Below are positions 53,396-61,606 of a DNA stretch of 64,000 nucleotides, piece after piece. A model generated the notes under the pieces. The model had not been told where the DNA came from and searched no databases. It worked only from the letters and a program-made list of their open reading frames with translations. Every line of letters starts with the position of its first letter. The first letter of the stretch is position 1. Source of the DNA: an uncultured Verrucomicrobiae bacterium (lineage in GTDB: Bacteria > Verrucomicrobiota > Verrucomicrobiia > Limisphaerales > Palsa-1400); NCBI GenBank assembly GCA_963702845.1, contig OY969763.1, positions 64,001 through 128,000 of the forward strand, read 5' to 3'. A program made the position numbers and the translations under genes.

Positions 53396-54225
53396 AACGT
53401 GCCAGCCCTTTTTTCTCCGTTTCCGAGCTTTCCTTTCAGCCTTTCCTTTACTTCGTCCGTATCTTCTCTCGAAAGAGCGTCACCCAGTGGTGCTGGGCCG
53501 CTTGCTTCAGTAGTAATAGCCACTTCTGGACCAGGCGGAGCCGTTTCTTCACCAAGTTTTGTCCGTAACTTCGCCTGAAGCTGGTCAATGTCAGTTAGCG
53601 CTTTCTCGAGAACAGCTCGGGTGCTGTCAATTTCTGATTCATGCTGGCCCGCTCGCCGCGCACTTTTTTCCGCGTCGTCAGCTTGCTCTTTAGCTTGCGT
53701 CCGAATCTTCTCGAGCTCCTTAACGGCTTTATCTCGGAAGTCTTCCCATTCCGCACGCCATTGCGCGTCGGCCCTAGCAATACGTTTGCGATACTCATCA
53801 TTGAAGTCGCGGAGACTTTTGAATGCAAACCAACCGACGACGCCTGCTCCCAGACTCACGATGCTTGCCAGAATTCCGATCCACCAGCCAAAGCCTTGAA
53901 AGACGCTCGCTACTTTATCGACGGTCTTATTATTCGCTTCGACCGCATCCTTAAATAAAAGGTGCGTGTCTTCTTTTTTTGGAGCCAACTCGCTGGCAAT
54001 CGTTGCGGTAGTTTGTGTGGTCTGTTTTTCCAGCATAGCCAACCGGGCTAGCAGTTGCTTCCAATCTGCTTCAGTAGAGGGACTGCTGGCCTTCGTCGGT
54101 GGTAATGCAGCAGGCGATATTTGTGGCTTCAGTGGTGGCGCGGCCGCAGGGTTCGTCGGTTGAGCAACAAGGAAATGACAATTCAATCCTATGGCTACAA
54201 CCGCTAAAGATTTTAACAATTTCAT
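53392..54225 (-). CDS. Exported/TM coiled-coil protein
   Basis: Signal peptide, Pro-rich linker, one TM (WWIGILASIVSLGAGVVGWF), long coiled coil; 4-bp overlap with the DGQHR gene. Confidence 0.7.
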   Translation of the reverse strand: MKLLKSLAVVAIGLNCHFLVAQPTNPAAAPPLKPQISPAALPPTKASSPSTEADWKQLLARLAMLEKQTTQTTATIASELAPKKEDTHLLFKDAVEANNKTVDKVASVFQGFGWWIGILASIVSLGAGVVGWFAFKSLRDFNDEYRKRIARADAQWRAEWEDFRDKAVKELEKIRTQAKEQADDAEKSARRAGQHESEIDSTRAVLEKALTDIDQLQAKLRTKLGEETAPPGPEVAITTEASGPAPLGDALSREDTDEVKERLKGKLGNGEKRAGTL

Positions 54226-54271
54226 TGTTTCCCAAATTTGTTTTTCGTTTACGAATTCTGAAGCCGTCAGC

Positions 54272-55831
54272 TCATTTTCCTATGCTGTCGGGCTTCCAAC
54301 ACTTTATTCGCATAGCCTGCCTGCCAGGCAATTTGGCGAAAGCAACGCCGGTTTCCAAATATGCGTCACCGAACTCTTCTGCCTGCAATTTCCTTCCATA
54401 CACACCCTGTAGTGAACGCAAGCCACGTTGGGTTTGGTTACAATAAAATGAAATGACCGCGCCAAGTTGGGTGGTGAAGTCGTAACTCTGGCCTTCAAAA
54501 TCGCTTGGGTCTTGAGACAGCAGCATCACAGATAAACCCTTGGCGGCGCTTCGTGTAACTAACTGGACAATCGATTCCGATTTTTTTTCCTGCAATATTT
54601 TGCGGGCTTCATCAATAACCACAACTTGTCGCATTTGTCGAAAACCACCGCGTAATGGCGCTTCAGACAAGGCGAGAAAGTGCATCGCCGTGGCATCCAG
54701 CAATAACAACATGACCAAGCGCTTCAATTCTTCAGATTTTATATGCTGTAGGCTGACAACCCACGAGCGGGAGAAGAAGTCTGCAGCCGTCATGGTTGGT
54801 GCGAAACAGCGAAGACGTGTAAGCTCGTCCAACCGCGCGGCAATGCTGTCAATCACTTCACCGTCAATTTGTAAGCGCTGTTCGTATGTTTCCTTAATTG
54901 AGGAGAGGCTGCGATCATCACCCGTGGTAATCACTTGTTCGATAGACTGCAGGAGTCGAGACTGCATTAAATTGCCAGGAGATTTACAGCAAAGGCAAAT
55001 GCTGTCGCGCAGAGTCATTGATGCATTTTGAACGGCTACATGGCCAACGTGAGGACTGGGCAAGAAGTCTAAAGGGATTGGGTGCAGCCCAACCTCTATT
55101 GGCTGTATCTCGACTGGCCAGGCGGGAAATTTATCATTTAATTTTCCGTCAGTGATAAAGGTGCCTTGGGGATCAATCAGCAACATCGGCGCGCGTGATT
55201 GCTCAACAATGCTTTGCGCCATCTGGATGCCGGTTGTGGTTTTACCGCTTCGGGTTCTTCCCATTAGTGCCAGGTGGGGAGAATTGCCCGGGCCGTTTAA
55301 ACAAAAGTCAACGGGCTCCTTGCTGTCGAATGTTTGACTGACAGGGCCGATTTTCACCCTTATTTCGCCGGGGTGCGCACTGCCAGTAACGTGAGGCGCA
55401 GTTCCTCCTCCGCTAACTTCAGGAAGGAATTCAGCCAATTTAGTAATGAGCCGTGCTTCGTCGCCGCCACAATCGTCCCAATCCTGCTTTATCAGTTTTG
55501 CGCCCCGGGCCCAGTGCGCTTCAATGTGCGGACGCAAATGTTCAACGGCCGCGCCTTCGCTGATATTCGCATCAAGAATTAGAGCGCACAACCAGAGGTC
55601 AAGATCGTCGCCAAAAAGGAGCTCACCAGGCAACGGTTTGGCATATTGGGTTTCCGACGACAATGCTGGCGGCGGGGTTGGGTCGGCAAGCGATCGGCCG
55701 ATTAGTAAACGAGCGGCATCATAACGATGGGAAAGGCCAAATTTTGTGCGAAGCTTTTCCTCAACCTCGAACGCCTCCTGGCTCGGTTTGAACAACCCTT
55801 TCCAAACTGCTTCTTTGAATTCAATATTCAT
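54272..55831 (-). CDS. DndE-like domain fused to HerA/FtsK-type ATPase
   Basis: N-terminal ~130 aa with ARLLIGRSL...GELLFG...EAHWARG (DndE-like), in the dndE position after dndD; C-terminal HLALMGRTRSGKT, VVVIDEA, LLSQ.PSDF. Confidence 0.8.
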   Translation of the reverse strand: MNIEFKEAVWKGLFKPSQEAFEVEEKLRTKFGLSHRYDAARLLIGRSLADPTPPPALSSETQYAKPLPGELLFGDDLDLWLCALILDANISEGAAVEHLRPHIEAHWARGAKLIKQDWDDCGGDEARLITKLAEFLPEVSGGGTAPHVTGSAHPGEIRVKIGPVSQTFDSKEPVDFCLNGPGNSPHLALMGRTRSGKTTTGIQMAQSIVEQSRAPMLLIDPQGTFITDGKLNDKFPAWPVEIQPIEVGLHPIPLDFLPSPHVGHVAVQNASMTLRDSICLCCKSPGNLMQSRLLQSIEQVITTGDDRSLSSIKETYEQRLQIDGEVIDSIAARLDELTRLRCFAPTMTAADFFSRSWVVSLQHIKSEELKRLVMLLLLDATAMHFLALSEAPLRGGFRQMRQVVVIDEARKILQEKKSESIVQLVTRSAAKGLSVMLLSQDPSDFEGQSYDFTTQLGAVISFYCNQTQRGLRSLQGVYGRKLQAEEFGDAYLETGVAFAKLPGRQAMRIKCWKPDSIGK

Positions 55832-55837
55832 GGCTTC

Positions 55838-57907
55838 TCAAAAAAAGAAACGATTCGGGTGAACAATGGACCGCTTGTCGGATTCAACGAATTCAACAAG
55901 GAACTTCTGGCAAACGTGTTCTTCAATGTGTTCGAGCAGGTCATGGGTTACTTCGCGATCGTGAGTCAGAACGATAACCTGATCGCAGTCGAAACGGCGC
56001 AGGGCATCAAGTGTGCGCGGACGGTATTTGGAATCTGCGTTGCCCAAGGGAGTATCAATCACCAACGGCACGCGTCGGCGAGTGATTTCCGCCAGCGCTA
56101 ATGAAAACGCAATTCCAAATGATCGCCGTTCGAATCCGCTCATGGAACTTAGCAATGCTTTAGGGCTGCGGCCGTCAAAATGCAGATGCGGCTCACCGTC
56201 GTGGGTAAATGCGACGCGTCCGCCTTTGAATCGCTGGTCAGCGATAGCGAGGAAATGTTTTGTCACATGCTCTTCTAGTCGCTGTGTTGTCACTGGCTTG
56301 AGTTGTTCGGTAAGCGCTTCGACAGCGCGCGCTACACGGTCAGCCACAGCAATTCGCCGCTGTTCGGGCTCAAGTCGTGCCAGTTCTTCGCGCAACCGAC
56401 CAATCTCAGCAGATAAATCCTGATAATCGGCTTTCCATTTCTTGATTTCATTTTCCGCGGTAGAAATGCGGCGGATGGCTTCGTCCATCTGCTCGTCGAG
56501 GCGTTTGATACGCTCTGTTAAAGTCTTAGTTTCTTCAGATTGATTACCAAGCCGAACATGCCGCGCCTTGGCATCTTCAAAGCTTTCACGAGCGTCGCGT
56601 AACGTTTTTGCCACAGCGCGAACGTGATCAAAGGCGAAACTTTTGGTTTCATTAAGGCGGTTGAGCAATCGCGCACGTTGTTGACCGCGAATATGACCAA
56701 GCACAAAATGCTCTGCGGTATCAGGATCTGGTGGTTCGTAAATAGCCTGTAATGCAGTCAAAATCCTTTGCTTAACTTTTTCGCGCGTGTCTGCGGAGAT
56801 GTTGCCAAGCAACGGATCTCGATCTGGTGGCTCAGGCATGGCCTCCGCCAAAACCCTCTCCCGCTTGTCGAGCGTTCCCTGCCGCAGGTTTTCGTATTCT
56901 TCGCGCAGTTGTTCTTTGCGCAAACGCCGCCTAATTGAAGGATCCAGTCGGCTCACTGCGAGCACCAACCCGATTTGATTTGCAAGCTCGGTAACTGCTG
57001 CTTCGGCAGAGATTTTTTTGGCTTCGGCATCCTTGAACGCTTTATTGACGCGTTCAGTATCAGCAGCCCCGCCACCACCGGCGCGAACTAAATCATCACG
57101 ACGTTGGTTGCGTTCTCGATCCAACTCGTCTCGTTGCTGGTTTAATTCTTCCAGCTCACCTTCACGCCGGCCAATAAGTTTGTTGAGTTCGGTTTGACGG
57201 CTGATTTTTTGATTTAGAATTTCCTGTTTCTCGGAAGTTTTTTGCTTTCCGCCCAATGCCCCGTGAGATCGGGTGAGGTAGGTTCGAACTTGACTCTGTA
57301 ATTCCGATAATATGCTTGCGCCGAACATGGTGTTGACTGCCTTGCGGATACCCTCTTCCCCAGCGCCTTCAATCAGCGCTTGTGCTTGTTCGCCATCAAA
57401 GAAGAATGCCGGGCACACATGGGCAGGAAATAGTTCTTTCTCGATACGCTCGTTAGCAAGAATTGCTTCCATACGCCGAACGATTCGATCGCCAACATGG
57501 ATTTCCAATTCTTCAAATCCATCACCTATGCGGGGGGTATTTGCGCTTGTAAAATACCACCGGCGGATAATTCGCACCTCCTGCTCATCCCGATCATTCA
57601 AGGTTGGCGTAAAAGTGATATCAATCACGGTCGGCTCATCAGGGTCGGCGGTAGAGCGCCGGAATTTGGCGATAGCCTTACGGTAGGAGTTGATGTCGTT
57701 TTCGGCGATGGTACGAAAGCCTTCACAATGCCGTAGTCCGAAAGAGCCAAACAGGCCGAGATACAGTGAGATTAGGAAGCTGGTTTTGCCATGGCCATTC
57801 ATCGCCCCGATCAAAACAACGGGGCGTCTTTCCGTCGGACGTTTGAAGTCAAAATTCGCGTCTGAGTAACTACGCCAGTTGGTCAAATGAAGTTTCGATA
57901 AATACAT
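55838..57907 (-). CDS. dndD: DNA sulfur modification protein DndD (SMC/ABC ATPase)
   Basis: LIGAMNGHGKTS, FFFDGEQ, long coiled coil, MSGFE signature, LVIDTPLG. Confidence 0.9.
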   Translation of the reverse strand: MYLSKLHLTNWRSYSDANFDFKRPTERRPVVLIGAMNGHGKTSFLISLYLGLFGSFGLRHCEGFRTIAENDINSYRKAIAKFRRSTADPDEPTVIDITFTPTLNDRDEQEVRIIRRWYFTSANTPRIGDGFEELEIHVGDRIVRRMEAILANERIEKELFPAHVCPAFFFDGEQAQALIEGAGEEGIRKAVNTMFGASILSELQSQVRTYLTRSHGALGGKQKTSEKQEILNQKISRQTELNKLIGRREGELEELNQQRDELDRERNQRRDDLVRAGGGGAADTERVNKAFKDAEAKKISAEAAVTELANQIGLVLAVSRLDPSIRRRLRKEQLREEYENLRQGTLDKRERVLAEAMPEPPDRDPLLGNISADTREKVKQRILTALQAIYEPPDPDTAEHFVLGHIRGQQRARLLNRLNETKSFAFDHVRAVAKTLRDARESFEDAKARHVRLGNQSEETKTLTERIKRLDEQMDEAIRRISTAENEIKKWKADYQDLSAEIGRLREELARLEPEQRRIAVADRVARAVEALTEQLKPVTTQRLEEHVTKHFLAIADQRFKGGRVAFTHDGEPHLHFDGRSPKALLSSMSGFERRSFGIAFSLALAEITRRRVPLVIDTPLGNADSKYRPRTLDALRRFDCDQVIVLTHDREVTHDLLEHIEEHVCQKFLVEFVESDKRSIVHPNRFFF

Positions 57908-57910
57908 AGA

Positions 57911-58126
57911 TCACAGGTTTGGTCTGCGTTCCAGGAAACGGTCAATACAACCAGCAATATCGGCATCCACACCGTCTTTGCGTCCGGCGCCTGAATGCGC
58001 TTGCATGACTTCGCAGAGGTCTTTTAAGAGAGCCATATCTATTTGCGTCTCACGGCAAAGATTCTGGATAAGCTTTTTTGTTTCCTGATCTTCAAAGGCT
58101 GGTAATGGTCTCATTCGATTTATCAC
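57911..58126 (-). CDS. Small Dnd-associated protein
   Basis: 71 aa, tightly packed between dndC and dndD (8- and 3-bp gaps). Confidence 0.7.
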   Translation of the reverse strand: MINRMRPLPAFEDQETKKLIQNLCRETQIDMALLKDLCEVMQAHSGAGRKDGVDADIAGCIDRFLERRPNL

Positions 58127-58134
58127 TTCTTTTT

Positions 58135-59247
58135 TTAAGCGTTCATTTCACGCAGAATGTCCTGTGTCTGGTCCTTCTCCCACTGTTCCCGGATTAGACG
58201 CACTTCATGCTCAGTAATTAACGGTTCGTTGGTTTGTTCGCGAAGAGCGATTAGCTCACCAAGGAGCATCTGGCGAACTTCTATCGTTAATGGGCCAAGG
58301 CCAGGCTGCCCATTGCGCCGGATTTTGCTGCGACAATCAGGCGTTTCCGAAAGTTTCTTTAATCGGTCTCGAAATTTGGCAAGAGGCTCAAGATATTCGT
58401 GCCCATTGTCTATGAGAGCATCGAGCGAACGGTCTTTTTCGATCACAGTGCATGTCCAACAACCAAACCGAGCCGAGGAAGTTCCGCAGGACGGTGCATC
58501 GCCGGTTGTCATGACAAACGGACATTCGCCGCCACTGGCATCTTTGTAGAGTGATATCAGTTCCTGATATGTCCCCCCCCAAGGCGGACGATTTTGTTTG
58601 AGCGTAATCCAAACGTCATCATTCGTGAGTTCTTTAAGTGGCGAAAACACCCAAACACCCTTGTGATCGGGGTGCGGGGCTAAGCGGTCTCCGGAACCAC
58701 CTTCATTTCTGGATATGCTGCCTGCACGGGCTGCCGACTCAGACCGCCTTACTCCGAGCAGCAAAACAGCTTCGTCATTTTCGCTTACGATCTCACGGAT
58801 GAATCGCGAAGTAGGACGAATCTTCATCCGGTCGGTGCACCATCGAAAGGTCCGATTCGGTGCTGGGTACCCCTTGCCCAGCAAATTCACCCAAAAGCTT
58901 TCCTCTGGAAGTGGATTTGTCCGAATAATTTTGACCGGCACGTTTAACGGTTCGAGGTTGTCTTCCAGTTGAGAAAGCAGCCGATCAACGAAATTTTGAA
59001 ATACAGGCGACTCAACAAGGGTGTTATTGCTTACAACATAGACGGCGCGCTTGCGGTCATCCGGAGCAACCTGCCTGATGGCCTCCATCACAAGATGCAA
59101 TAGGAGTGTTGAATCTTTCCCCCCGGAAAACCCAATAATCCACGGCTTACCGTGCGGCTGGAGATACTCGTCTCTTAGCTCACGGCGGATGGCTTTAAGC
59201 TTTTCAGCGTATACTGTGCTCGGTGATTCTAGCAGTTCTGTTTGCAT
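58135..59247 (-). CDS. dndC: DNA phosphorothioation sulfurtransferase DndC
   Basis: PWIIGFSGGKDS, GKGYPAP..FRWCTDRMKI, LGVRRSES, GECP, SCG..RFGCWTCTV. Confidence 0.95.
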   Translation of the reverse strand: MQTELLESPSTVYAEKLKAIRRELRDEYLQPHGKPWIIGFSGGKDSTLLLHLVMEAIRQVAPDDRKRAVYVVSNNTLVESPVFQNFVDRLLSQLEDNLEPLNVPVKIIRTNPLPEESFWVNLLGKGYPAPNRTFRWCTDRMKIRPTSRFIREIVSENDEAVLLLGVRRSESAARAGSISRNEGGSGDRLAPHPDHKGVWVFSPLKELTNDDVWITLKQNRPPWGGTYQELISLYKDASGGECPFVMTTGDAPSCGTSSARFGCWTCTVIEKDRSLDALIDNGHEYLEPLAKFRDRLKKLSETPDCRSKIRRNGQPGLGPLTIEVRQMLLGELIALREQTNEPLITEHEVRLIREQWEKDQTQDILREMNA

Positions 59248-59544
59248 TGTTCAGACTACTGCCGAGTAGGAAAACAGACTATCGAGCATGCCATTGTTTG
59301 CCGAGGCTCAGTTAAGGTGCAAATCATAGGGTGAGGCTACCGAGAAAAGGGTGGGATGGGCAAGAGGCATGGTTGATAAATGCAAATCGTAGTCGCATCT
59401 TCCTCCTTGTCTTTTTTTGCCCTCGTGTTGCCGAGATCCAGTTGCGATGACTTTTTTCAAAAGTGAGATGCTTAAGATTGGCGGTGCCGGCGCTAATGGC
59501 AAGCGTTTGCTATTCCGACGTGTTCGCACAGCGCGATACGAGTA

Positions 59545-60621
59545 CTAATATGCGACCTCATAGCGTCGAGCGAGGCTAGTGGCCGTTTTCTGAACGTTGG
59601 CGGCCAATTCTGCGGGCCGCACAACATAGGCGTGGGTGCCCCAGCTTAGGATCCAGCGTTCGATTTCTTCGAGGCCGCTGAGGCGCATGCGCATTTGGGA
59701 ACCGCCGCATGGCAGCTCGGTCACGACCTGGGTTGGATGCCATTTTCGGCCGCGGAGTTGGTCGGTTGCAAAGGCGTCGAATTCGATCACGACTTCGTAA
59801 TCACCGGTGCCCTTCATAACACCGAAACTGCCGTCGAGATATTTGTCTGGATCGAAGTCCTTTGGTTTGGTGAACGGGTCACCGAGGCGCGGATTGGTTA
59901 TTCTGCCCAAGACGAAGGTGCGGACGTCGGACCGATCGATGTCGTATGCGATCAGATACCAACGGTTGTCGATGCAGGGCAAGTGATACGGATGGACGTG
60001 ACGCGACTCGGCGGTTTTTTGTCCAGGTTTGCGGTATTCGAATTTGAGCGCGCGATGATCCTGCAGCGCGCGCGTCACGATCTGGAAGATTTCGATGTCT
60101 GTGTCTTCTGGTGCGAACGGACGGAACGAAAGCGCCTCCTGCATGTTTTCCGCCGTGTATCGTTCCTTTCGATCCAATTGGCCGGTTAGCTTTGCGAACG
60201 CCATCAGCAGCGGTTGGTAAAATGGCGTGCCTTTGTATTGTTCGATTGCCTTGTGCGCGACGAGGAGCGCGAAGAGTTCGGATTCAGTGACCTTTACAGA
60301 GCCGGGGAATTTGTCGACGGGTTTGGAATAATAAAAGCCGTGGCGGTTGCGGTCGTATTCAATGGGCAAGTCAAAGTGGTCGCGCATGAATTGGAGGTCG
60401 CGTGCAACGGTCTTGTTTGAAACTCCCAGGTCAAACGCGATGCTTTGCGCGTTCGGAAGTTTGCCTGCTGCGATCAGTTCGTGAATGCGGAGAATTCGCT
60501 CCATGGGTTCTCTTCGGAGTTTTACAGGGCGCATGCTGCGATGGCCCGCGCGTGTGAGGGAGTGTTCACGAATTTCGGAGACTGCGGGTTTGTTATTTTC
60601 GTATTCTTTTTGAATTTTCAT
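59545..60621 (-). CDS. wHTH-WYL-WCX transcriptional regulator
   Basis: LGVSNKTVARDL HTH; FEYRK...RHVHPY.L....RWYLIAYD..R.DVRTFVLGRI WYL; WILSWG..AYVVRP WCX. Confidence 0.95.
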   Translation of the reverse strand: MKIQKEYENNKPAVSEIREHSLTRAGHRSMRPVKLRREPMERILRIHELIAAGKLPNAQSIAFDLGVSNKTVARDLQFMRDHFDLPIEYDRNRHGFYYSKPVDKFPGSVKVTESELFALLVAHKAIEQYKGTPFYQPLLMAFAKLTGQLDRKERYTAENMQEALSFRPFAPEDTDIEIFQIVTRALQDHRALKFEYRKPGQKTAESRHVHPYHLPCIDNRWYLIAYDIDRSDVRTFVLGRITNPRLGDPFTKPKDFDPDKYLDGSFGVMKGTGDYEVVIEFDAFATDQLRGRKWHPTQVVTELPCGGSQMRMRLSGLEEIERWILSWGTHAYVVRPAELAANVQKTATSLARRYEVAY

Positions 60622-60639
60622 ACCGCAAGCGTAGCAAAG

Positions 60640-60666
60640 TCACTTGGACAAAGGCTGTCCAAGTGA
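60640..60666. promoter_or_regulatory. Perfect palindrome, probable WYL-regulator operator
   Basis: TCACTTGGACA-N5-TGTCCAAGTGA, 18 bp upstream of the WYL start codon. Confidence 0.7.
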
Positions 60667-60794
60667 AACTTATCCAAAAAAGGGGTGGTTAAGGCCTAAG
60701 GGCACTGAGCGAAAAGGAGTTACACATGATGTTGAATATTGTAACTGTCAAATATTCTGTGCAAAATGACAGACGAAGTAAGTGATTCCAAATT

Positions 60795-61604
60795 TTGAAA
60801 ACGAAATCTGCAAAAGCCGAATTGGAGCGACTCATTTGCGAAAATGCGGAACTAAAAGATAAAGTGGGTCGGTTGGAGTCTGCACTGTCAGGTACTGGAG
60901 GTAACCCCGCAAGGTACGATTTTGAACAGGCCCTGGCTCACAGGCTTCGCACACGAATGTTGGCGCTGGAATGCTTAATCTATGCAATCGGCATTCCAGA
61001 AGATGAACGAAGCACCGTTTTTGATACTGTACACGATTTAAGGCGCATTACAGACAACTTCATGAATCTTACCTTGGCAAACGAGATGAGATTTGAGGAA
61101 ACGACACTGATTGGTATTTTGCGGCGTGCGCTAAAACCACTCACAAGGCCGGACGCTCGGATTACTGTTAACGGCTTCTCTTTGGAGACTTATCCTGAGA
61201 AAAAGGATCAATACGAATTAGTGGCGGACAAGGCAAAACTCGCCGATGTGTTTTTTGAACTGGGCACCAACTCACTGAAATGGGCGCGAAAGTCTCCACA
61301 TGAAATCAAAATATCAGTTGACCAGGTCACAAACGGGTCTGCGGCTGACCGTCCGAAACGAGATGCTTCGCGGAGGTTTAGGATAGTTTTCGAAGACTCT
61401 GGTCGTGGTGTAACTGCTTCAATTAAACCAAAGCTGTTTCAGCCATTCGTCTCTGGTGCACAAGGCGGAACAGGGCTCGGACTCGCGATCGTAAATGAAA
61501 TTATTCGGTCTCACCATGGGGCGATTAAGGAGACTGGAGCCCCAGATCAGGGCGCGCGTTTCGAGATAATTCTCCCGATCGACCCCAGAAAACCTTCGAT
61601 GTAA
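60795..61604 (+). CDS. Sensor-less cytoplasmic histidine kinase
   Basis: Short coiled coil, H-box ALAHRLRT, ELGTNS, EDSGRG, LFQPF, GTGLGL. Confidence 0.85.
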   Translation: MKTKSAKAELERLICENAELKDKVGRLESALSGTGGNPARYDFEQALAHRLRTRMLALECLIYAIGIPEDERSTVFDTVHDLRRITDNFMNLTLANEMRFEETTLIGILRRALKPLTRPDARITVNGFSLETYPEKKDQYELVADKAKLADVFFELGTNSLKWARKSPHEIKISVDQVTNGSAADRPKRDASRRFRIVFEDSGRGVTASIKPKLFQPFVSGAQGGTGLGLAIVNEIIRSHHGAIKETGAPDQGARFEIILPIDPRKPSM

Positions 61605-61606
61605 CT

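Noticed and set aside
29949..59500. Boundary motif as CRISPR repeat, attC or dif/pdif site
   Set aside because: Kilobase spacing, no R''/R' hairpin layout, and no XerD-like TTATGTTAAAT arm.
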